A stretch of 32,000 bases of DNA from Candidatus Saccharimonadota bacterium (GTDB taxonomy: Bacteria > Patescibacteriota > Saccharimonadia > Saccharimonadales > Saccharimonadaceae), in contig JBAQRV010000001.1 in assembly GCA_049296095.1 (NCBI GenBank), positions 150,001 through 182,000 of the forward strand. Reading direction: 5' to 3'. Within the stretch, counting starts at the first letter, position 1. Every line of letters starts with the position of its first letter. Shown here piece by piece: positions 25,591-32,000 of the stretch. A program made the position numbers and the translations under genes. The notes below the pieces were generated by a model that worked only from the letters and a program-made list of their open reading frames with translations, searched no databases and had not been told where the DNA came from.

Positions 25591-25605
25591 CCACTACTGT
25601 AACTT

Positions 25606-25830
25606 ATGGTAGCTCAAAAGGAAGTCATTAAAATGCGAGGTAAGGTGGTGGAAGCACTGCCTAATACGCAATTTAAGATTGAACTGGAGAACGGCCTGAG
25701 CATCATCGCACACATCAGCGGAAAAATGCGTAAAAACTATATCCGTCTGGTGCCTGGTGATATGGTGGACGTCGAGATGACCCCTTATGATCTCACAAAG
25801 GGAAGAATCACGTACCGCCACAAAGATTAA
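25606..25830 (+). CDS. infA: Translation initiation factor IF-1
   Basis: [26 protein letters not shown]...[32 protein letters not shown] is the IF-1 S1-fold signature. An internal ATG at 25633 with an AAGGAAG SD is a possible alternative start. Confidence 0.95.
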   Translation: MVAQKEVIKMRGKVVEALPNTQFKIELENGLSIIAHISGKMRKNYIRLVPGDMVDVEMTPYDLTKGRITYRHKD

Positions 25831-25855
25831 ATTAAACTGGAGTTTTTAAACGCTC

Positions 25856-25972
25856 ATGAAAGTTCGTGCGAGTGTCAAAAAAATCAGTCCTGATGACCAA
25901 ATAGTCCGCCGTAAGGGGATTCTTCGTGTCATCAACAAGAAAAAACCTAAGAATAAGCAAAGGCAGGGTTAA
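25856..25972 (+). CDS. rpmJ: 50S ribosomal protein L36, Cys-less (C-) form
   Basis: Not in the ORF track because it is under 60 aa. My translation is [38 protein letters not shown], with the L36 signatures MKVRASVKK and KHKQRQG-like ending. Canonical position between infA and rpsM. Confidence 0.9.
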   Translation: MKVRASVKKISPDDQIVRRKGILRVINKKKPKNKQRQG

Positions 25973-25974
25973 GC

Positions 25975-26361
25975 ATGGCTCGAATTGCAGGGGTAGTAAT
26001 CCCAGCTGAAAAGCAAGTTCAGATCGCTCTCACCTATATTTATGGTGTCGGTCCGAAATTTGCATCGACCATCCTTGCGGCGGCAAATGTTGAGCCGACC
26101 ACTCGGGTGAAAGATCTCACCGAGACTGAAGAACAACGTATTCGCGAAGTCATTGATCGTGACTATACCGTGGAAGGCGACCTACAGCGCTTGGTAACAA
26201 ACAATATTAAACGGTTGAAAGACATTAACGCTTATCGTGGCCTTCGCCACAAAGCTGGTCTGCCAGTCCACGGACAGCGTACACGTACGAACGCACGAAC
26301 TCGTAAGGGTCGCGCAATTGCCGTTGGTGGTGCTCAACCTAAATCAGCAACTAAGACGTAG
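25975..26361 (+). CDS. rpsM: 30S ribosomal protein S13
   Basis: MARIAGV.IP, YIYGVG and YRG.RH..GLPV.GQRT.TNART.KG signatures. Confidence 0.97.
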   Translation: MARIAGVVIPAEKQVQIALTYIYGVGPKFASTILAAANVEPTTRVKDLTETEEQRIREVIDRDYTVEGDLQRLVTNNIKRLKDINAYRGLRHKAGLPVHGQRTRTNARTRKGRAIAVGGAQPKSATKT

Positions 26362-26372
26362 GAAGGATTAAG

Positions 26373-26777
26373 ATGGCTGAAGCAAATACAACTACCGCTA
26401 CACCACGTAGCAAAAAGCAGCGCCGATCAGTTCCTTCTGGTCAGTTGCATATCCAAGCGACATTCAACAATACGATCGTTAGCTTTACTGATAAAAAAGG
26501 AAACGTTCTGGCTCAAAGCAGCGCAGGCGCAACTGGTTTCCGTGGAAGCAAAAAGGGGACAGCTTATGCTGCCCAAGTTGCTGCCGAAAAAGCCGCAGAA
26601 GTTGCAAAGACGCAGTTTGGCATGAACGCTGTTGATGTTTTCGTAAAAGGCGTTGGCCTTGGACGTGACGCTGCAATCCGAGCAATGGGCAGCTTTGAAA
26701 TCAGTATCGATAGTATTAAAGAGGTAACCGGCGTCCCACATGGTGGCGTTCGTCCTCGTAAGGCTCGAAGGGGTTAG
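26373..26777 (+). CDS. rpsK: 30S ribosomal protein S11
   Basis: IQATFNNTIVSFTDKKGN, GFRGSKKGT.YAAQ and VTGVPHGG.RP.K.RR signatures. Confidence 0.97.
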   Translation: MAEANTTTATPRSKKQRRSVPSGQLHIQATFNNTIVSFTDKKGNVLAQSSAGATGFRGSKKGTAYAAQVAAEKAAEVAKTQFGMNAVDVFVKGVGLGRDAAIRAMGSFEISIDSIKEVTGVPHGGVRPRKARRG

Positions 26778-26780
26778 GTT

Positions 26781-27398
26781 ATGGCACGAGATACTTCTCC
26801 TATTGTTAAACAGAGCCGTCGTGAAGGTTATGCCCTTCACCCGAAGGCACACAAAGTCATGGCGAAAAAGACCGGTATTCCAGGTCAGCACGCTAATGGC
26901 CGTCAGGGTAAGCCTAGCCTTTACCTGACACAACTTCGTGAAAAGCAAAAAGTTCGTCGTACTTACGGCCTGCTTGAAAAGCAATTCGCGAAACTTATGA
27001 ATGAAGCTGTTCGTAGCGAGGGCATGGCGGGTGAAAACCTCTTGAAGATGCTCGAGCAACGAATGGACAACGCAGTCTATCGTGCAGGATTCGCCACAAG
27101 CCGCCGCGCAGCACGTCAACTGGTTGGTCACGGCCACTTTATGCTTAACGACCGCCGTGTCGACATTCCTTCAATCCGTATGAAAGCCGGTGATATTCTC
27201 ACCGTTCGTCCTAAAAGCACTAAATCTGGCTACTTTTCACAGCTTGATGATGTGGTAAAGAATGCAAGCGCTGTGAGCCTCAGCTGGTTAAAGAGTGATC
27301 CTAAAAAGATGACGATTACCATTACTGGCGAACCAAAGCGTGAAGAAGCAGAAGCAGATATTAACGAACAACTCATCGTTGAGTATTACTCACGGTAA
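26781..27398 (+). CDS. rpsD: 30S ribosomal protein S4
   Basis: QLREKQK.RR.YG..E.QF and the S4 RNA-binding domain LE.R.DN.VYR.GFA.SR..ARQLV.HGH. The last motif runs through HGH, where the evidence stops. Confidence 0.97.
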   Translation: MARDTSPIVKQSRREGYALHPKAHKVMAKKTGIPGQHANGRQGKPSLYLTQLREKQKVRRTYGLLEKQFAKLMNEAVRSEGMAGENLLKMLEQRMDNAVYRAGFATSRRAARQLVGHGHFMLNDRRVDIPSIRMKAGDILTVRPKSTKSGYFSQLDDVVKNASAVSLSWLKSDPKKMTITITGEPKREEAEADINEQLIVEYYSR

Positions 27399-27421
27399 TT
27401 AAGGGTAAGGAGCCTACTACA

Positions 27422-28345
27422 ATGTCAAAAGTTATTCACAACCCAGCACTTGCAAGCGTCGAGGAACACAGCGCGACCAGTGCATCGTTCGTTATCGAGC
27501 CTCTGCAGGCTGGCTACGGCAATACCCTCGGTAACAGCCTTCGCCGTGTCCTCCTTTCAAGTATTAAGGGTGGCGCTATCGTTGCTTTCCGTATTGAAGG
27601 CGTTTCTCACGAGTTCACAACCGTACCTGGTGTTAAAGAAGATGTCGTTGACATCATGCTGAACCTCAAGAACGTCAAACTCAAGGTATCAACCGACGAA
27701 CCAATTGAGCTTCGTCTTGAGAAAAAGGGAACCGGCACAATTACTGCTGGTGACATCAAAACTTCAGCTGATATTGAAGTCATTAACAAAGATCAGGTTA
27801 TTGCAACTATTGATGATCCAAAGACATCTGTTGTTATGGACATCGTCGTTGAATCTGGTCGTGGCTATGAAACTATCGAGCAATCAAGTGCGAACCGCCT
27901 TCACAGCGACATGATCGCTCTGGATGCTGTCTACAGCCCAGTGCTTCGTGTGCGTTACAAGGTTGACTCAACTCGTGTTGGTCAAGAAACTAATCTTGAT
28001 AAGCTGCAACTGAACGTCGAAACTGATGGTTCAATCACTCCTCGCGAGGCGTTTGAAGAAGCTTCAGCTATCCTTGTAAACCAGTACTCAGCACTTGCTG
28101 GCTCAACAACTGTTGAAGCCGCACCTGCCCTTGGTCAGACGGCCGAAGAAGAGTCAAATGAGCTCAACACTCCAATTGAAGAGTTGAACCTCAGTGCTCG
28201 CACTGCGAACGCACTCATCAATAACGAAATCCGCACTGTCCGTGACCTTGTCACTCTTTCAGAGCAAGATCTTCGTGAATTGAAGGGCTTCGGTAGCAAG
28301 GCTTTGGACGAAGTTAAAGATAAACTGGCAGAACTGGAAATCTAA
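27422..28345 (+). CDS. rpoA: DNA-directed RNA polymerase subunit alpha
   Basis: IEPLQAGYGNTLGNSLRRVLLSSI N-terminal domain, and a C-terminal domain with IEELNLSARTANALINNEIRTVRDL. Confidence 0.97.
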   Translation: MSKVIHNPALASVEEHSATSASFVIEPLQAGYGNTLGNSLRRVLLSSIKGGAIVAFRIEGVSHEFTTVPGVKEDVVDIMLNLKNVKLKVSTDEPIELRLEKKGTGTITAGDIKTSADIEVINKDQVIATIDDPKTSVVMDIVVESGRGYETIEQSSANRLHSDMIALDAVYSPVLRVRYKVDSTRVGQETNLDKLQLNVETDGSITPREAFEEASAILVNQYSALAGSTTVEAAPALGQTAEEESNELNTPIEELNLSARTANALINNEIRTVRDLVTLSEQDLRELKGFGSKALDEVKDKLAELEI

Positions 28346-28347
28346 AG

Positions 28348-28806
28348 ATGCACCGACACGGATATAAAGGACGTAAATTCAGCCGAGAACGCGACCAGCG
28401 TCGTGCGTTGATCAAGGGCTTGGCAACAAGCTTGGTTGAGCATGGCAAGATCGAAACGACTTTGCCTAAGGCTAAGGAACTCGTCCGCTACATTGAAAAG
28501 CTTGTCACCAAAGCTAAAAAAGGTGATTTGGCAAACCGACGTCAAGTGATTGCTGGTCTTTCGACCCAAGCAGCTGCCTTCCGCCTGGTTGATGTCATCG
28601 CTCCGCAACTCACTGGTCGCACTAGTGGTCATGTACGCGTGGAACGAACTCGTCTTCGCATCGGTGATGGCGCACAAATGGCAACAATCGCTTTTGTTGA
28701 TGAGATTAAAGAATCATCAAAGGCTGCGCCAGTCGTTGAAAAACCAGCTGCAGCTCCTGTAAAGAAGCCTGCTGCTAAGAAAACCCCTGCAAAGGAGGCT
28801 AAATAA
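28348..28806 (+). CDS. rplQ: 50S ribosomal protein L17 (with a ~30-aa K/A/P-rich C-terminal extension)
   Basis: MHRHGYKGRKFSRERDQRRAL...L..HG.IETT..KAKEL signature. Confidence 0.96.
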   Translation: MHRHGYKGRKFSRERDQRRALIKGLATSLVEHGKIETTLPKAKELVRYIEKLVTKAKKGDLANRRQVIAGLSTQAAAFRLVDVIAPQLTGRTSGHVRVERTRLRIGDGAQMATIAFVDEIKESSKAAPVVEKPAAAPVKKPAAKKTPAKEAK

Positions 28807-29246
28807 TGGTTAATCCAAAGACATTCAGCCAACGCACTGAAGACACGAGCCGTGAATGGTTCTTGATCGATGCCGCTGAAATTCCACTCGGACGTATGGC
28901 AACTCAGGTTGCAAACCTCCTTATCGGTAAGTCAAAGGTAACTTATACCCCTCACGTTGATAATGGCGACTACGTCGTGGTTATTAACGCCGACAAGTTG
29001 ATTGTTACGGGTGACAAAGAGAACGCCAAAATGTACTACCGACACAGTGGTTTCCCTGGTGGTATCACCGACGCAACACTCGGTGAAATGCGAACTAAGT
29101 TCCCAGAACGAATTATTGAAGAAGCAGTAAAGGGAATGATTCCTCGCAACAAGCTCGCAGCTGGCCGTCTGGCACGTCTGCGCGTCTTTGCCGGCGAAGA
29201 TCACCCGCACACTGCACAAACTCCAAAGAAAGTAGAGATGAAGTAA
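28806..29246 (+). CDS. rplM: 50S ribosomal protein L13
   Basis: W.LIDA....LGR.A..VA..L.GK....YTPH.D.GD.VVVINA.K...TG.K signature. Its start overlaps the rplQ stop. Confidence 0.96.
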   Translation: MVNPKTFSQRTEDTSREWFLIDAAEIPLGRMATQVANLLIGKSKVTYTPHVDNGDYVVVINADKLIVTGDKENAKMYYRHSGFPGGITDATLGEMRTKFPERIIEEAVKGMIPRNKLAAGRLARLRVFAGEDHPHTAQTPKKVEMK

Positions 29247-29247
29247 T

Positions 29248-29652
29248 ATGGCAACTCCAACTGGAACCTATTTCTACGGTCTTGGACGACGAAAAAGCGC
29301 CACTGCACGAGCTCGTCTCTACGCTGGTAAGGGCAACCTAACCATCAACGATAAGCCAGCAGCTGAGTATCTGTCTGACAACAAAGCATTAATTGCTGAA
29401 GTTACTGATCCTCTGGCTCTTGTGAGCAAGCAAAAAGACTACGATGTAACCATCCGCGTACAAGGTGGTGGTGTGTCTGGTCAAGTCGATGCAATTAAAC
29501 TTGCTATTGCTAAAGCTCTCACAACCGCACACGCTGATCTTCGCCCAGTCCTAAAGAAAGCAGAACTTCTGAAACGTGACTCACGTGAGAAAGAACGCAA
29601 GAAGTACGGTCTTCGTTCAGCACGTAAGCGCGAACAGTTCTCGAAGCGATAA
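29248..29652 (+). CDS. rpsI: 30S ribosomal protein S9
   Basis: GRRK.A.AR, V.GGG.SGQ..AI..AIAKAL and LLKRDSREKERKKYG...ARK..QFSKR signatures. Confidence 0.97.
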   Translation: MATPTGTYFYGLGRRKSATARARLYAGKGNLTINDKPAAEYLSDNKALIAEVTDPLALVSKQKDYDVTIRVQGGGVSGQVDAIKLAIAKALTTAHADLRPVLKKAELLKRDSREKERKKYGLRSARKREQFSKR

Positions 29653-29672
29653 GATCGCATTTACAAACAAAG

Positions 29673-29699
29673 CTCCCAGAGATGGGAGTTTTTGTTTTG
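29673..29699 (+). terminator. Rho-independent terminator after rpsI
   Basis: CTCCCA-GAGA-TGGGAG, followed by TTTTTGTTTT. Confidence 0.85.
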
Positions 29700-29705
29700 A
29701 TACGC

Positions 29706-29711
29706 TATAAT
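29706..29711 (+). promoter_or_regulatory. -10 box (TATAAT) 8 nt upstream of the trpS ATG (leaderless layout)
   Basis: TATAAT is at 29706-29711 and ATG at 29720. No SD in between and no convincing -35. Confidence 0.35.
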
Positions 29712-29719
29712 AGAGACAA

Positions 29720-30748
29720 ATGAGCAATCCTGTCATCCTTACCGGCATTCGTGCCAATAACAACCTGACGATCGGTAACTATTTCGGTGCCATGTTGCCA
29801 ATTATTGATATGGCTAAATCTCGCTCGAGTGAGTTTCAGGTTAATATGTTTATTCCTGATCTTCACAGCTTCACAACCCCAGTTGATCATTCAATACTTC
29901 ACGATCAAATTCTACTGACGGCAAAGCTGTTTACAGCAGCTGGTCTACCCCTTGATAACCCAAACATCCATATGTACCGTCAAAGTTACATTTCGGCTCA
30001 TAGCGAACTGACCTGGATCCTCGATTGCTTTACTGGCATTGGTGAAATGAGCCGTATGACGCAGTTTAAGGACAAATCAGAGGGCTTAGGTGACGAAAGG
30101 GTAAGTATGGGGTTATTTAATTATCCTGTGCTCATGGCGGCTGATATCCTCTTGTATAACGCCGAGTACGTCCCGGTCGGCGACGATCAGTCGCAGCACC
30201 TTGAATTCACTCGTGATATTAGTGAACGTATGAATGCTCGTTTCGGCGAATTGTTTGTCGTCCCTAGGTCTGTAAAGGAGCAACACGCTTTCTTTGGTAA
30301 AGACCAGGGCCTTCGAATTATGGATTTGCAAAATCCAACCAAGAAGATGAGTAAGAGTGATGAGATTGGCAAGGGAGTCATTTTCCTAAATGATGATCCT
30401 GAGGCTGCTGCTCAGAAAATCATGAGTGCGACAACTGATGATGTGGCCGAGGTGCGACTTGATCGCAAGAACCAGCCTGGTATCAGCAATCTTTTAGAAA
30501 TCCTGGCGCTGCTCCGTGGAGTGCCTCTTGATGAGGTGGTCAAGGAATTTGAAGGCCAGACCCGTTACGGAGACTTTAAGGCGGTTGCGGCCGAGGAAGT
30601 AAAGCGATTCCTGACCGATTTCCAGCAAAGGCTCGCTGAAGTTGATGAAGCGGCAGTTATTGCCAAGCTTGAAGCATCCGAAGCAGAACTGCGCCTCGTT
30701 GCCAACGAGACCCTCCTCAAAGCTCAACGAGCTGTTGGGTTACGCTAG
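29720..30748 (+). CDS. trpS: Tryptophan--tRNA ligase
   Basis: 342 aa class I aaRS. N-terminal TGIRANNNLTIGNYFGA (TIGN variant of HIGH, as I recall for E. coli TrpRS), GDDQSQHLEFTRDI, and KMSKS. Confidence 0.92.
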   Translation: MSNPVILTGIRANNNLTIGNYFGAMLPIIDMAKSRSSEFQVNMFIPDLHSFTTPVDHSILHDQILLTAKLFTAAGLPLDNPNIHMYRQSYISAHSELTWILDCFTGIGEMSRMTQFKDKSEGLGDERVSMGLFNYPVLMAADILLYNAEYVPVGDDQSQHLEFTRDISERMNARFGELFVVPRSVKEQHAFFGKDQGLRIMDLQNPTKKMSKSDEIGKGVIFLNDDPEAAAQKIMSATTDDVAEVRLDRKNQPGISNLLEILALLRGVPLDEVVKEFEGQTRYGDFKAVAAEEVKRFLTDFQQRLAEVDEAAVIAKLEASEAELRLVANETLLKAQRAVGLR

Positions 30749-30756
30749 GAAGCACG

Positions 30757-31935
30757 GTGACCAAAACTCTTATCCCTACCATTCTGGCGATCTTGCGCCA
30801 ATTCCACGTTGCTGATGATGAGTCGACGCAGCGATCTGTTTCTAATGCAAAGGAACAGCAACCGCGCCAATTTACAAATCTCATTTCATTTATCTTTAAC
30901 CAGACAAAGTACTATATTATCTTTGATGATAACGCTGACGACGACAAAGAGCACCTCAAAGAGCTGATTGCCTTTGATCGCTCTGATATAAAAGGCTATT
31001 TCGTACAAAACCCGCGTGATGAAAGTAAAACTTATGGCATGCCTTTCAAAGGCAAAGTTGTTTACTTATTCCAGATCGTTTCTGAAAAAAAGCGACTTGA
31101 TCTTGAGCTCGCCGAGCGCTATCCAGATCTGTCCCGTAGTACAATTCAAAAATATATCAAAGCAGGGCATGTTCAGGTGAATGGTGAAGTCATTACTAAA
31201 GCAAAACACGATATCAAAGATACTGATGATATTGCCATGGTACCGCCGACCAGTACCGATTTCTCGACGAGCGAAATTCCGATTCTCTATATTGATGATA
31301 ACGTGATTGTTATCAATAAACCGGCAGGCGTATTGACCCACAGCAAGGGTGCGATGAACGATGAATTTACAGTGGCAGACTTTTTCCGCCGTTATACCAC
31401 TAATGCCCTCGAGACCACTCGTCCTGGTATTGTGCATCGTCTCGACAGAGACACAAGCGGTGTTATGATCGGTGCTCGGAACGATGAAACGGCCCTACTG
31501 CTTAAGAAGCAATTCTCTGATCGTGGGACGAAAAAGGAATATATCGCCATCGTCAGTGGTGTGCCAAAAGTTGACCATGCCGTCATTGATCTGCCGATTG
31601 GACGAAATCCGTCCGCACCGAGTACTTTCCGCGTCAATGTTCGAGGGAAAGCTGCTATAACGACCTACGAGGTTCTCGCGACGAATAATGATCATACGCT
31701 CGTGAAGCTCAATCCAAAGACGGGTCGCACCCATCAACTTCGTGTCCATATGGAGTACATAAATACACCGATATGGGGTGATCGAATCTATGGCCACAAA
31801 AAGGACAAAGCTGACCGCCTTTACCTGCATGCTCATAAGCTTGAGATCACTATTCCAACTTCACGACGCGAAACATTTATCGCACCGGTACCAAAGGAGT
31901 TTACCAAACATTTTCCAGGAGTAGGGAATGTCTAA
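30757..31935 (+). CDS. rluD: RluA-family 23S rRNA pseudouridine synthase with S4 domain (RluD/RluC type) and a ~94-aa N-terminal extension
   Basis: S4 domain RLDLELAERYPDLSRSTIQKYIKAGHVQVNG, catalytic HRLDRDTSGVMI, and GRTHQLRVH. GTG start 30757 follows AGGAAG. An internal ATG at 31039 would give a canonical-length protein. Confidence 0.85.
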   Translation: MTKTLIPTILAILRQFHVADDESTQRSVSNAKEQQPRQFTNLISFIFNQTKYYIIFDDNADDDKEHLKELIAFDRSDIKGYFVQNPRDESKTYGMPFKGKVVYLFQIVSEKKRLDLELAERYPDLSRSTIQKYIKAGHVQVNGEVITKAKHDIKDTDDIAMVPPTSTDFSTSEIPILYIDDNVIVINKPAGVLTHSKGAMNDEFTVADFFRRYTTNALETTRPGIVHRLDRDTSGVMIGARNDETALLLKKQFSDRGTKKEYIAIVSGVPKVDHAVIDLPIGRNPSAPSTFRVNVRGKAAITTYEVLATNNDHTLVKLNPKTGRTHQLRVHMEYINTPIWGDRIYGHKKDKADRLYLHAHKLEITIPTSRRETFIAPVPKEFTKHFPGVGNV

Positions 31936-32000
31936 TGCCTATACCCATTCAACATCACAAGCTCGACTCGAAGCATTAATCACAGACTTGCCTCAGTCGA
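31928..32000 (+). CDS. 5' end of an unidentified gene (runs off the window)
   Basis: ATG 31928 is preceded by AGGAG 6 nt upstream and overlaps the rluD stop by 8 nt. The frame is open to the window end (MSNAYTHSTSQARLEALITDLPQS...). Confidence 0.5.
   Translation, partial: MSNAYTHSTSQARLEALITDLPQS

Noticed and set aside
26427-27137. A 236-aa minus-strand ORF spanning rpsK and rpsD.
   Set aside because: It is antisense to two unambiguous ribosomal protein genes. Its Cys/Thr/Leu-rich sequence looks non-biological, it has no SD or promoter, and the long open antisense frame is explained by codon bias of the sense genes.
1-32000. Alternative genetic code (UGA recoding as in some CPR lineages).
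   Set aside because: All conserved genes give full-length, alignable products with the standard code and end at TAA, TAG or TGA in expected positions. No in-frame UGA interruptions were seen.

Overview
The window holds the bacterial translation and transcription supercluster on the + strand. Gene order is rpoC (5'-truncated), rpsL-rpsG-fusA, tuf, rpsJ, rplC through rplO, secY, infA-rpmJ-rpsM-rpsK-rpsD-rpoA-rplQ, then rplM-rpsI fused directly on, followed by trpS, an RluD/RluC-type pseudouridine synthase and the first codons of another gene. All conserved genes translate full length with the standard code. There is no rpmD (L30) between rpsE and rplO and no adk or map between secY and infA. 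Together with the tight gene packing, this suggests a reduced genome, possibly Patescibacteria/CPR (Saccharibacteria-like); that assignment is inference only. The unusual feature is that the cluster is interrupted at seven junctions by non-ribosomal material, most of it with its own promoter-like and terminator-like signals. (1) An acidic 235-aa ORF follows rpoC. (2) An AT-rich pair of ORFs (225 and about 260 aa) sits between rpsG and fusA; the second has an EHH...HNAIH motif reminiscent of His-Me finger nucleases. (3) Between fusA and tuf, a RadC N-terminal-only ORF overlaps a 146-aa ORF with an RxRCxxxHG (HEPN-like Rx4H) motif. (4) Between tuf and rpsJ lies a GC-richer island of three opposite-strand monocistronic cassettes joined by a repeated terminator-promoter module. 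(5) An antisense 78-aa membrane peptide lies between rpsJ and rplC. (6) A hairpin-dense non-coding stretch of about 450 nt between rplO and secY is a candidate ncRNA of unknown class. (7) A GC-richer 151-aa ORF lies between secY and infA. No CRISPR array, tRNA, rRNA or transposase was seen. All functions proposed for the inserted ORFs are hypotheses from motif reading only; no database search was possible.
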